Assembly: GCA_013239625.1 (NCBI GenBank)
Contig: MU054212.1
Location: 9,286,898-9,350,897 of the forward strand
DNA length: 64,000 bases
Source: Lama guanicoe
Lineage: Eukaryota
Direction of reading: 5' to 3'
Positions 37,611 through 50,384 of the stretch are shown one piece after another. A program made the translations under genes and the position numbers. Each line of letters opens with the position of its first letter. Within the stretch, counting starts at the first letter, position 1. The notes below the pieces were generated by a model. The model had not been told where the DNA came from and searched no databases. It saw only the letters and a list, made by a program, of their open reading frames with translations.

Positions 37611-38213
37611 GAGAGCGCCAGATGACCACTACAAAGACTACCTTCCTGGTTTACAAACAAACAGCACTTACCCCTCAGGTCCTAGTATTTCCTCTTCCAA
37701 CATTCTAGAAGCTACTCAACCCGTTTAAAATTACTCATCTTTTTGTCAGGCCTTTACCTGGGTCATACATATGTCTATTTTACCACATTGTGATTATACC
37801 TGCATATCAGAAGCCAGACCTCTTTCTAGTAAATCAAATGCATGTTTGTTACTTAATTCTAGGCTGTTTCTTTGACATTCATGTCACAAACACCACCCAG
37901 ATTTCATGCAGGACTGGATTCAAGTCTCAATCCCTACTGGTAGAGATGGCTGCATCAAGGTATCACGTCAGATCCCCTGTCCATTTTAAGGGACTTCCAT
38001 GTCACAAAGTCAAGTCCGTCACTGGAGATGAAGAACACGTGGCCATAAGTTTCCTCTGTCTGGTTTTGAATTTTCACCTGGCTGTCTGCATGATGCTCCT
38101 TTCAAAACTTTAGTCACACCTCCCTTTAGTACATTTGTAGGAAGGAATGCTAAATGTGACAGATTGACACCTGCGATGGGTAGCACATCAGCTCTGCATC
38201 AGAGCCTCTAAGT

Positions 38214-38521
38214 AAGTGCTGTCCAACAGAAATACGATGTAAGCCAAGTATGTAATTTAAAATTTTCTAGTAACCATCTTAGAAAGCATATAAAAACCAA
38301 AATTAACTTTAATAATGTAGTTTACTTAGCTCCATATATCCAAAATATTATGATGTAATTGAGTTTTTTAAATTATTGAGATAATTTGCATTCTTTTTTC
38401 ATGCTAAAGCTTCAAAATCCAATGTGTATTTTACACTTACAGCTCATCTCCATTCAAACTGGCCACACTTCATGTTTCAACAGCCACAGCTGGTGTGTGG
38501 CTACCATATTGGACAGTGCAG
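38214..38521. mobile_element. MER33-like hAT-Charlie element
   Basis: Contains agtgctgtccaacagaaat...tggctaccatattggacagtgcag with inverted ends. Confidence 0.75.
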
Positions 38522-38649
38522 ACCTAAATGCTAAGTGGCAGAGCCCAGGTTTGGCTACTCATTTGCTTGAGAATCTCCTTTCAGTTCTAAAGATTAAAAA
38601 TTGCTAACATGATATGAGCTCTGACTCTGTATACTAATGTGCATGTAGT

Positions 38650-41114
38650 CCATGACCAAGTGGAAGTTATTCCAAGGATGCAAGGATGGTTCAACAACTG
38701 CAAATCAATCAACATACAATCAATCAATACAACACTAACAAAATAAGGATAATAATGATATGATCATCTCAACAGATGCAGAAAAAGCATTTCACAAAAC
38801 TCAACATTCACTTAGGGTAACAACTCTGAACAAGTAGGTATAGAGGGAACATAACTCAACATAATAAAGGCCACATGTAACAAGTCCACGGGTAACATCA
38901 TATTGAAGGGTTAAAAGCCAAAAGCTTTTCTTTTAAGATCAGGAAAACAAGGATCCCCATTCTTGCCAATTTTATTCAACATAGTATTGAAATTCCTAAA
39001 CAGAGCAATTAGGCAATAGAAGAAATAAAAGGCCTCTAAGTAGGAAAGGAAGAAGTAAAACTGTCACTATTTGCAGATGACATGATATTATATAGAGAAA
39101 ATCACAAAAGACTCCACCAAGAAACTTTTAGAACTAATAAATGAATTCAGAAAAGTTGCAGAATACAAAGTCAATATACAAAAATCGGTTGCTTTTCTAT
39201 ACAAGAATAACCAACCATCAGAAAGAGAAATTAAGAAAACAATACTGTTTACAATGCATCGAGAAGTATAAAATACTTAGGAACAAGTTTAATCAAGGAG
39301 GTGAAAGACCTACACATTGAAACCTGTAAGACACTGATGAAACGAATGGAAGAAAACATGAATACATGGATAGACCTTCCACGTTCATGGACTGGAAGAA
39401 TTAACACTGTTACATACATACTACCTAAAGCACTCTACAAATTCAGTGCAATTCCTATCAAACTTCCAACGGCATTTTTCACAGAAATAGAACAGTCATA
39501 AAATCTGCAGGAACCACAAAAGATCCCAAATAGCCAAAACAATCTTGAGAAAGAAGAACAAAGCTGAGGGAATCATGCTGCCTCATTTCAAATTGGATTA
39601 CAAAGTACAGTAATCGAAACAGTACAATACTGGCATAGAAGGACACATAGCTCAATAGAACATAATAGAGACCCAGAAACAAACCCAGACACATTTAGTC
39701 AATTAACTTGTGACAGATGCCAGAAATACACAGTGGGAAAAGGACAGTCTCTCCAATGAAGTGTTGGGGAAACTGGACAGCCACATGCCAAAGAGTGAAA
39801 CTGGGCCCCTGTCTCACACCACATACAGAAATCAACTCAAAGTCAAGTAGAGAGTTGAATGTTGGACATGAAACCATAAAATTCCTAGAAGAAAACATAG
39901 GGACAAGCTCCCTGACATTGGTCTTGGCAATGAGGTGTTGGATTTGACACCAAAAGCAAAAGCAACAAAAGCAAAAATAAACAAGTGGGACTACATCAAA
40001 CTAAAACACTTCTGCACAGCAGAGGAAACCATCAACAAAATGAAAAGACAACCTAGAGAATAGGTGAAAATATTCCAAAATCATATATCTGATAAGAGGT
40101 TAATATCCAAAATATACAAAGAATTCATACAACTCAATAGAAAAAAAACAAACAACCCGATTAAAAGATGGATAGAGGAACTGAATAGACATTTTCCCAA
40201 AGTCATACAAATGGGCAACAGGAACATGAAAGATGCTCAATATCACTAATTCAGGAAAATGACAATCAAAACCATATAACTTCACACCTGTCAGAATGGC
40301 TATTACCAAAAAGACAACAAATAACAAGTGTTGGTGAAGATGTGGAGGAAGGGGAACACTGGGTCATTCGCCAGTGGAATGTGAATTCATGCAGCCACTG
40401 TGGAAAACACAATGAAGGTTCCTGAGAAATTAAAAACAGAACTACCATATGATCCAGCAATTCCACCCCTGGGTTTTTAATCTGAAGGGAATAAAGTCAC
40501 TATCTTGAAAAGACATCTGTACCACCATGTTCACTGCAGTGTTCTTTACAACCGCCTAAGTGTCCATTGCTGGGTGAATGGATAAAATATGATACATACA
40601 AACACATACACACACACAAAACCAAATATTATTCAGCCATAAAAAGGCAAATCCTGCCATTTGTGGCAACATGTATGAACCTTGAAGGCATTATGCTAAG
40701 TGAAATAAGTCAGAGAAAGAAAAATATTGTATAATCTCACTTATATATGGAATCTAAAAGAAAATTGAACTCATAGATACAGAGACTAGGCTGCCACAGG
40801 TGGGGAGTATAGGTTAGCAAAATGGGTGAAGGTGGTCAAGAGGTACAAACTTGCAGCTATAAGATAACTATGTCCTGGGGATGTAATGTACAGCAGGGTG
40901 ACTACAGTTAATACTTTGTTGTATAATTTCAATGTTGCTAAGAGTAAATCTTAAAAGTTCCCAATACAAAAAAAAAAACTGTAACTCTTTTGATAGATGT
41001 TAACTACACTTGTAACTTCACAATATATACATATATTAAATCATTATGTTGTAGACACAAAAGTAATACAATGTTATATGTCAATTATATTGCAATGAAG
41101 AATAAAAACAACAA
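38650..41114 (+). mobile_element. L1 ORF2 (RT/C-terminal region, disrupted) plus L1MA9-like 3' UTR
   Basis: Encodes the RT motif LFADDMILY (ctatttgcagatgacatgatattatat, about 39067) and fragments such as LPKALYKFSAIPIKLPTAFF. Ends aataaaaacaacaaaaaa. Confidence 0.92.
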
Positions 41115-42487
41115 AAAACTCTATTAGGCAGTGGGTCTGCAGAGCAGAGCCACTGGTTTGATCTCTTTTTTGCCTCGCCTGATAAGGCAGAGGAGGTGTC
41201 TGTGCTGCCATGGAAATGCCTGATTGGGGAGCTAGCTGGAGAAAGGGGATCAAGGAACAAGAGGAAGAGACCTACAGGAACATGGTGCGACATGAGATCG
41301 TAGGCAAAGTCTTGATGATGTTGGAGCAAAGCAATTACCGCTACAAATTTCAGACCCATGCTCATAAATTATTTTCTGAAATTACTGGATCAGCGAGAAC
41401 ATCTTAAAAGTGAAAAGTATACACTTTGACAGCATTTAATGCACTGAACCTAACAGTTCTGGAAGTTCTTAGAAAGAAGCACAATGGGATATAAACAAAT
41501 ATTTCATATGAACAGCAAATCATCCAAACTGGTGCGGGAAGAACAAAGGAATAGCTTAGTATCCTTTCAGGAGGTACCAGGTAGGAGCGTGCCTCAAATT
41601 CTAAGTAGCTCACATCCGTGCACGTGCCTGGCAGCCTTCTCTAGCCCGTCAAACCCCTGGAGAACCCGAAAGGATGCGTTCTCGGATGTCTGACTTCAGA
41701 GGGGGCAACATGTTAGTAACTCTGTCCCAACCTTCTCCTTATTGGACCCTTTTGAGGTGTGATACTGAACACTGCTCATATCAAGTTTGCTTTAGGTCAC
41801 ACTGTCAGTCAGTTCCAGGTGCCCAATGTGTGAAGGGGTTAAGACTGTAGCAGGACAATTTGAATTTACTTCCCAGTTTTGCCCCTGAGTGACCCTGAGT
41901 CACTCTGTGAATCCAGGTTCAGAATAATCTCTAAGACTAAGTCTGCAAAACACTGGAGGTGGAAGGAAGTGTGAGCTTGGCAGGAAGAGGGAAGGCGAGG
42001 TAATTGGTGTAATTATGATTTTAGGGCAAAGCGTCTTAAGAACTATGGTGAGAAGCAAGCTTCAAGTGTACCAGTAACTTTCAGTGGTGTTTTTATATTA
42101 TTAAATAGACAATAGCTGCCATTTTAATGAAACAGGTTTTTCATTTTCTTGATCTAAGAACTAAAATATGCATTCTGATCAGACTTTTTTTCTCTCTTCA
42201 CCATCTAGTTCTCAATTTCACAAATGTGTAACTTAAAGGGTTCTCAGACTCCTTGGGCTAAACATTTATTTTTCTACTTAGTAAGTTATTTGGCGTTTAG
42301 GGCTTGCTCCTAATGCCCCCTGTATGGCACCTTCTCTGTGCTTTCCAAAAGGAAAGTGTGCACACAGAAAGCCCTTCTCTCAACCCCGGGACCCTAACAC
42401 AGGAAGCCTATAGTTATTAACGTTCTGACAAAGTTCTTGTTCCGCTGTCATCCCCAAACACCTGCATCCAGTATCAGATTTTGGTCA

Positions 42488-42507
42488 CTAGTGCCATCTA
42501 GTGGTGG
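42488..42507 (-). promoter_or_regulatory. CTCF-binding motif in TPGS2 intron 2
   Basis: CCACCACTAGATGGCACTAG on the - strand closely matches the CTCF core. Confidence 0.65.
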
Positions 42508-43454
42508 AGACAAGGAAACTACTGTCTATAAGTCTTAACCCAGTTCCTTCCATGAGATCTGAGCTGAGATGAGCTGGTGGCACTGTTCACCTTTAAGTCA
42601 GGCTAGAGTGTTCCAATAGTAGTGATTACAACTTTTATTATGGTATTGATTTCACTCAAAAAAGAAATTTTGGTATTGTTTTATACCAGTATTTTAAAAA
42701 ATTATTCAGAATTCATAAAAATAGGAAAAAGAGAATGAAATCAAATTTTTACTATATTTCAAATACTAACATAAACATACAAAACATCAAGTAAACCAAA
42801 GTCATAAAAACCATTAAGCCTGCACTGTTACTTTCATGTACATCACTGTGGCCCCGGCTGCACTGCCTCCTTGCTGAAGACCTCACAGCCTGGCAGCCCA
42901 GACAGTGGGGCTCCTACAGTGCTTCCAGCCCTTTCTTCTGAGTGCAGCTTTCAGGGTTTCACTTAGGTGGCTCCTATGCCCTGGCCAGCGACTCAGAGTT
43001 ACTGTCATTTTAATTTCTCTCCTGGCTGATGTGGGAAGAGATGCTCTTCTGTGGGTAGTAAGCTGCCCACTTCAGAGGGCTTCTCCTGCCAGATTCAGGA
43101 TCAGTCTCTATTTTGGAGGAGGGGATGAAAAAAGAAGAGGAAGGGAGAAGACTGGCAGAAAGCACACACAGCCGCATCAGGACTGACCAGCCAGCAGAGT
43201 TCAACACAGACACTGCTCTGGAATTCCCTCTTCTCTGATGGGCTGTGAACGGAAATGGCAGTGGGGGCTGAGAGAGCCCATGATAAAAGTTGGGGTGCTG
43301 CTGGCCAGAGGTCATGGAGGGAGAAACTGCTGCCAGCTTGGCTCACGGAGGGTGAGCGCTACTGGCAGGGACTGAACATGTACACATACCTGTGGACTGT
43401 CTGGCTGCCCAGGGCCCACTGCTAGAGGGGCAGTCTGGCAGAGCAGAAAGGATA

Positions 43455-43655
43455 TGTGCCTAGAGTCAGACAACTCTGGGTTCAAATTCAGGCTTTGCCG
43501 CATGGTAGCTACGTGGCCCAGGACAATTCTTGGTGACCTCTCTGACCCTCAGTTTCTTCATCTAGAACACAGAAATATCAATACCTATCTTGCAGGGTTA
43601 TTATGAGGATTAAATTAAATAACTTATCTGATATGTGTTAGCAGCGTTCACTAAA
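43455..43655 (+). mobile_element. MIR SINE remnant
   Basis: Contains ctgggttcaaattc..ctcagtttcttcatct..ttatgaggattaaat. Confidence 0.7.
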
Positions 43656-43699
43656 TGGCAGGATAATTTTTTGCTTCCTTGTCAAATCCATTTGCTGCT

Positions 43700-44240
43700 A
43701 CTCAGCCACAGTGATTTTTCCAAAGCAGAAATCCAACTTCTCTACTTAAAACATTTCAATGGCTCTCCTTTGCTCTCAAGAAAAAGACCAAAATCCTGAT
43801 GACCTAAGAAGCCCACACATCCTGGTCCTTGTCAACTTCTCTCCCTTGCTCTCCTCTGCTCCAGCAACATGGACCTTCTTTATGCGCTTGGAAAATGTAA
43901 TCCTTTCCGTCTCGAAGCCCTCACATGGGCTGAAAGCCTCTTCTTCCCAGATCTCACTTATCTGGTTAACAACTTCTCATAACTCCTTTGGGAAAAATGT
44001 TTCTCAACCTCCAGACTCGGTCAGGCCTCCTGACTGCTCCCTTTACCTCTCTTTCACAGAACTTGCTCTGCTTTGTAATTATACTTGGAATGATTTACGC
44101 TATGTCTTAGACAGTAAGATCAAGAGGTAAGAAACTGTGTGCCCTTTTTTGATTATCACTGAATCCCCAAGGATTCAACATCAACCATAATGCCTGGCCC
44201 ATTTTAGGAGCTTAAAACTTTAATTGAGTAAATGAAGGAG
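43700..44240. mobile_element. L2 remnant
   Basis: Contains cttaaaacatttcaatggctctcc and ttagacagtaagatcaagagg..cataatgcctggc motifs. Confidence 0.55.
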
Positions 44241-44630
44241 TGAAAATTCAGAGGAGGGTTGGGAAGTACTAGCTATTAATCTGGTTAGTACTTCTCTGCA
44301 ACGCTTAACCACATTCTGCCCGGCAAGCTTGTTAATATTTACTTTTTCCATTCCTTGCTGGATCTTTAGCTTTGTTGTATGTATACAACTTCAAATGTTC
44401 CACTGCCTCCATACGACAGGCTCAGAGATGCTCCAAGCTGGGGAGATGGCATGGAGTGCAAGGGAGTGTTAAGTGGCCTGAAGAGGAACAGAGAGAAGGG
44501 TGAACTCTACGTTGAAGGCAGCTGTGGCCTAAGATAGGAAGAGGTTTTACTGCCCAATCTTTCCTTCTCCGGGGCATTTAGGTTGACCTCTCTTTCTTGG
44601 GAGATGAGGATTCAACAGGGCACCACTTAC

Positions 44631-44710
44631 TTGTTCCCATGAAGAAATCATATGACGTTCAGCAGGCGCCTTTTCTATGATAGTCACCTCTGTCACACCT
44701 GGGGATGATT
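44631..44710 (-). CDS. TPGS2: TPGS2 exon 2
   Basis: ttcttccag| ... |gtaagt. Encodes ESSPGVTEVTIIEKAPAERHMISSWEQ. 80 nt. Confidence 0.96.
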
Positions 44711-45339
44711 CTGGAAGAAAAAACCAGAGTCTTGTAGAGTTGCAACTGGCTCATTCTCACACACTTCTAACTAGAGGTTGACTATCTGTTGATGACTGCT
44801 CTGGGAATATCAGATCCCTCTGAGGAGCATTTATTACCCCTGTGATAAAAGCAGCTGGTCCCTCAAAGGCACTCAGTCCCATAACCGAGGACCATGCAGT
44901 CTTCCTGGCAGTACCCCTTCCATTCATCATAAAGTTTCCTTCAAGTTCTCAGAAGGCTCAAATCTTAGCATGCAGCAATAGCACCCAATATGTGAGCTAA
45001 GAATTCTGGACTCCACCTAGCCTAGTCTTGCTTTATGCATTCATTAGTTGTGACCTTAGATGAGTATTCACTTACCTTTGCATTTGAGAAGAATTATAAT
45101 TAATACTCTCCTTGATAAGGAAAGCAGAGGAAATAGAAATGAAGGTGCTTTGGAAAAGCATAAAGTACCAGATGCACCATTTTTCTTCTGCCTTCTGTTC
45201 AGTATTCTTTCTAAGGTATTGGGAAGCATGGTACTGTGGTAGAAAAGCACTGTGAGCTTCAAGTCATTCAAGGGTGAGTCCTTTCTATGCCTCTGATTGG
45301 CTAGGATGGAAGACACTATCTTGTCCCTTCAGGGGTGGT

Positions 45340-46527
45340 CCCACTTGGCACTATTTCACAGAAGATAAGATAGGGAGAGAGTGTCAGCCAATTTCAGGTG
45401 TCTCTTAGTGCTAGCAGGTACATTTTCTGGGTGGACAGAAGCATTCCCTGCTACAACTGGGATAGCAGCTGAAGTGGCTAAGGCATTACTGAAAGATACA
45501 ACCCCCACGTTCGGGCTCCCAGGACCCCTACAAAGCAATAATGCTCCAGCATTTGTTTCAAGTGACTGTCCTGGGCATAAAAAGGGCCCTGCACTAAGCC
45601 TGGAGACCCCAAAGGAGACAGGTTCAATCAGACCTTGAAACGAGCCTTAGCCAAACTATGCCAGGAAACTCAAGAAAACTGGATTAAGTGGCTTCTGATT
45701 GCCCGGCTCTGCATGCAGTTAGCCCCAAGGGATAAGTTAAAGTGCATCTGAACTCAGGTGTGGTAGATCCATTCCCCAAGCCTGAGAGAAGGAACATCTT
45801 AACCCCCTTGGAATGGAACAACTCGAGTATGCCCTCCAGGCAGGAGGAACCGTGAAAGCCCTCACTGAAGACGATGAGCAGGTGCTCCCCACACTCACCC
45901 ACCTGGCCCTGCTCCCCTCCCGGCCAGGAGACTGGATGCACCTAAAACCACAGAAAGTCAGCAGCCTGCAAGACTAGCTCACTCCTAAGTGGAATGGACC
46001 CCATATGGTGACCCTAACGACACGCCCTGCTCTTAAGTTGCAGGGGGTCACTCCGAGGGGACCTGACACTCGAGGGAAGAGGCCCCCAAGCCCCAACCTT
46101 CGCAGAGACAACCTGAGGCAACTGACCTCCTTGACTACTTGTGGAAACTTACTCTGACCTGAAGATTCTCTTCCAAAAAAAACAACCAAAGTGTGAGCAG
46201 GAATATGCAGGGCACAGGCCAAAGAACTAAATACCCTCATTTTTAGAAAAATGTTGACATATAACCATTATTCTCTTGGGGTGTTTATCTTAATTGTCTG
46301 ATGTTCTTTGTTTCCAAAAGGTTCGACAAATGGTCACTCAGGGTTAGGGTTAGGACCAAGGCCTGGTGACCGTCACACGATCTAAAGGCAGCTGGGGGAA
46401 GTTCTGTCCCTCCACTCGGGGTGATGATGACACCCCCAAATCAGCAAGAAGAGGTTACAGAAGATGCACCTGGGCCCCTTGGCCCCCCCATGAGAATCAG
46501 GAGCAGGACAAAAGGCAGAAGAGGGAC
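45340..46527 (+). mobile_element. ERV1-class internal remnant (decayed integrase, env tail, PPT)
   Basis: Encodes FRCLLVLAGTFSGWTEAFP...EVAKALLKDTTPTFGLPGPLQSNNAPAFVS (integrase core) and later LTPKWNGPHMVTLTT. Purine-rich tract aaaaggcagaagaggg at 46510-46525. Confidence 0.85.
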
Positions 46528-47033
46528 TGGTCACCTGCAAAGCCCATTAACAATTCCCAGGTATTAAATATAGAATCTGGGTAATAAAATAAAGTCTAAC
46601 CTTTTCAGGCATTGTTTAGTTACACTTGCTCATAGGATGCCACATGCAGAGGCCTCTCTCCTGGTTCCTCAAGCGAAATGGCTCTGAAGATGCTCAGCAG
46701 CCCGTGTGCGCAGTGCTGCGCTCAACACCACAATTCACAATGGCAGCGGCGGGCTATGTGCAGAGACGCTGCGCCCGGCACAGGGATCCAGAGCCTGAGC
46801 AGCGCAGCTGAGCCTTCCCGGCAAGAACCCAGCCCCCTCCCCTGCTCACAAGATCCCTATGAAGCAGCAGCCCCTCCGACCTCGAGGAGAGAACATCCTC
46901 ACACCTCTCCATTCTTGGATCAAAGAATAAAACTTTCCTTTGCTTCCAAACCAAACTTGAGTTCCTTCTGTTGGCTCCAATGACACCAGGTGGGAGGACC
47001 CCCGTTGGGGCTCCCTAGAAAGGGCTGGTAATA
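46528..47033 (+). mobile_element. 3' LTR of the ERV1 remnant
   Basis: Starts with TG just after the PPT, has AATAAA at 46926-46931 and ends ggtaata. Confidence 0.7.
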
Positions 47034-47184
47034 ATCGCAGTGGCTTCCCCTGTTAACAGCCTGTTTTAAAGGGCTCATGTGATTAGATTAGGCTCACCTG
47101 TATAATCTCCCTTTTGCCACCTCACACAACAAATCACAGGTGTTATATCTCATCAGTTTCACAAGCCTCAGATCCAAACTCATT

Positions 47185-49270
47185 CAAAAACTAAGGCCTA
47201 TGTTTTCTTCCAAGACTATCATAGTTTCAGCACTTACATTTACATGTAAGATCCATTTTGAGTTAATTTTTGTATGTGAATTGAGGTAAGGGCTCAACTT
47301 CATTGTTTCGCATGTGGCTACCCAGTTATCACAGAACAATTTGTTAAAAAGACTTTTTCTCCCAATGAATTGTACAGACATCCCTGTTGAAAATCATCGA
47401 ACCGTATATGTGATGGTTTGGTTTTAGAGTCTCAATCTTATTCTATTGATCTGTATTTCTATCTTTACGCCAGTGCCACAGTGAAGACTACTGAAGCTTT
47501 GCAGCAAATTTTTTTTTATTGTAGTAAAATACACATAAAATTTGCCACTTTAACCATTTTGAGGTATACAGTTAAGTACACTCACACACACTATTTTGCA
47601 ACCATTACCACTATTCATCTGCAAAACTTTTCCATTATCCCAAATGTAGTAAATTTTCAAATAGTGAAGTTTAAGCCCTCTAACTTTGTTCCTCTTTCCC
47701 AAGATCGTTTTGGCTATTGTGGGCACCTTCATTCTCATTTTAATTTTAGGACTAGATTGGCTTGTCAACTTCTGCAAAAGAGGCAAATGACATTTTGATA
47801 GAATTGTAGATTTTTAGATCAATTTGGGGAGAATTGGATTCTAACAATACTAAGCCTTCCAAATCATAAATATCAGATGTCTTCAAATTTATCTAGGTCT
47901 TCTTTAATTTCTTTTCATAATATGTTGTGGTTTTCAGTGTACAAATCATGCACTTCTGTTAATTTACTTGTTCACTCCTTACTTCTGCTAATTTTTATAC
48001 TAAAGTATTTTATTCTTTTGACATGATTGTAAATTGAATTGTTTTGTAATTTTATTTTTGGATTGTTCATTGCTAATGTGTAGGGGTTTTTTTTCTTTTT
48101 GTGGATTCCTTCTGACTTTTTTTAATATACAAGAGCATGTCATCTGCAAATAACTCTTTAGTTCTTTTTTTCCCCAATTTTTATGTCTTTATTTCATTTT
48201 CTTGCCTAATTGCTCGGACTAGAATTTCCAGTACAATGTTGAATAGCAGTGGTAAGAGGGGAGTTCTCATTGTGCAGAAAAGAGTGAAACAGCAGGCCTG
48301 AGACTGCAATTTTTAGAAAGGTCTGCTTATAAGGTTGGCCCCTGGGTGGCATCTGGGAACTTGGAATTCAGGAGGGTTCCCACCATTCCCTGGTAAGAAT
48401 GGCTCACTGCATCTGTTAGTGCAAACGATATGGTTTATGCTGAATACCTGCATTCCTCTGGGAGTCTTGAATTTGATAGACACTAGGTAGAGTGTGTCTA
48501 AACGATGGACTTCCAATAAAAGGTTCAGACTCCCAGGCTCAAATGAGCGTCCATAGTAGACAAGATTTCAGATGTATTATCACATGTTGCTGGAGTAATT
48601 GTGTCCCATGTGAATCCACTGAGAGGACTCTTGAAAATTGTTTGGTTTCCTTGACTTCCCCACGTGTATCTTTCCCTTTGCTTCTGCCAGAATAAATCAT
48701 AGCATGACTGTCTCCCAGATCCTGTAATCCTCCTAGTGAATCATCAAACCTAGTGTGGTGTTGGGGATCTCACGAACATTTGCCTGGTTCCTGATCTTAA
48801 TGGGAAAGTAACTAGTTTTTCACCATTAAGTATAATGTTAGCTGTGGATTTTTCATAGATGCCCTTTATCAGGTTGAGAAAGTTTGATTTCTGTTCTATG
48901 CTTTCATCCCATCCCATCAGTTTTGGTGTTATGTCATCAGAGAACACACTTTGTATGATATCAATCCTTTAAAATTTATTTTGGCTTCTTTAATGGTCTA
49001 ACATATAGTCTGTTCTTGAGGTTACTCCATATATACCCGAGAAGAATTTTTATTCTACTGCTGTTGGGTTAACTTGTTCTATAGACGTCTATTTAGGTAA
49101 AGTCGATTTACAGTGTTGCTTAAGCCTACTATTTCCTTGTTGATTTTCTGCTTAGGTGTATATGCATTGTTGTAAGCAGGGTATTTAGGTCTCAAACTAC
49201 TGTTGTTGAATTGCCTACTTCTTTCAATTCTGTCAGTTTTTGCTGTTCATATAGTTTGTAGATGCATATA
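47185..49270 (-). mobile_element. old L1 ORF2 fragment with nested insertions
   Basis: Minus-strand translations such as [32 protein letters not shown] and SLFNKLFCDNWVATC. A nested L1MB-like 3' piece lies at about 47510-47643. Confidence 0.85.
48271..48778 (+). mobile_element. MER21-like solo LTR inserted in L1
   Basis: Begins tgtgcagaaaagagtgaaacagcaggcctgagactgc and ends ggggatctcacgaaca. L1 sequence resumes on both sides. Confidence 0.8.
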
Positions 49271-49321
49271 TAATGGTTCTCCTGTGTCTAAGCAGTAAGA
49301 GATTACTGAACTGTGTGTGTG

Positions 49322-49361
49322 TTTCATTTCATTTCATTTCATTTCATTTCATTTCATTTCA
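49322..49361. repeat. (TTTCA)8 pentanucleotide microsatellite
   Basis: Read directly; preceded by a short (TG)n run. Confidence 0.95.
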
Positions 49362-49901
49362 TTTTTTTGTAGCCCCAGAATCTAGCAAAGTGATGGCATT
49401 AAGTAGAGATTCCATAAAGAAAACCACCCATTCAGTGGTGCAAGTCTTGACTCCTCAGGACCACATCAGGTGCCACACCCCGGCAGGCGCACGGGAGTTG
49501 TGGCCCTGGGAGGTTGGCTGCAGTATTCATTACCCGAGCGCTCTACTTCCAGAGGAAGGGCTTGGACACTCCCTTGGCCAAGAAGGCCTCTCGGGAGACC
49601 CAGCCTCCCAACCGTCAGGTACCTGCTGTCTCCCCTTTGCACGTCTCTGCCCGTCCTTCTTGGGCCCTGTGATGGGACTTCGGGTGGAGGTATCTTCGGG
49701 CTTCCCAGCTCTGTATCCACAATCCCGGCAAACGCTTCCCGGCTTAGTCACGCACCTGGCTCACCCTCTTTTCTCCTTAACAACGGCAGTCACAGCCGCG
49801 ATGCCCTCTGGCATACAGGGACCGGCGTCCAGCCGCCCGTCCGTGCTTTCACTGCACACCGCTCGTCCCGCAGTCGCCCCAAGGGCCCCCGCCCCACTCA
49901 C

Positions 49902-49983
49902 CTAGGATGCGGGTGACCCCCAGGGTCAGCTTCTCCAGGTGCGGCTTGCTGCTGCCCAGCAGCGGGGGCGGTGTCTCCTCCAT
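49902..49983 (-). CDS. TPGS2: TPGS2 coding exon 1
   Basis: gccATGG start. Encodes MEETPPPLLGSSKPHLEKLTLGVTRIL. Donor G|gtgagt. 82 nt. Confidence 0.95.
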
Positions 49984-50095
49984 GGCTCGCGTCCCCGCTC
50001 GGCGCGCGGCCGGGGCAGCGGCGGGGACCGGGCGGGGGAGCGGGGCGGGCCAGAGGGCCGGACTCCGCCTCGGAGGTGCGGCCGTCAAGTTCACG

Positions 50096-50114
50096 GCATG
50101 CCGGGAGTTGTAGT
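50096..50114 (-). promoter_or_regulatory. ZNF143/THAP11 (SBS/ACTACA) motif
   Basis: ACTACAACTCCCGGCATGC on the - strand. A second degenerate copy, GGAACTACTACTCCCGG, lies at 50165-50181. Confidence 0.8.
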
Positions 50115-50384
50115 GCTCGGCGCCTGAGAGCGCGGCGGGGCGGAGATGGGGGGCCCGGGCTGGTCCGGGAGTAGTAGTTCCGCGGGGCGCCTGCTCCCGC
50201 GGCCCCGGCGGGCGCTCCACACCAGGCCGCCGGGACACAGCGACTCCTCCGCCCGGACCCTCCCTCCCCGCCGGGGCCGGCCACGCAAGCGGGGGCGGGC
50301 CTCTGCGCCGTGCGGCCAATCGGGACCGGGCCTGGAGGCCGGGGCGGGGCGGCCCCGGAGCGACGCCCCGAGTGGCGGTTGTTT

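Noticed and set aside
45381..45638. Domesticated integrase gene
   Set aside because: Catalytic Asp residues are substituted and the frame breaks soon after, consistent with neutral decay.
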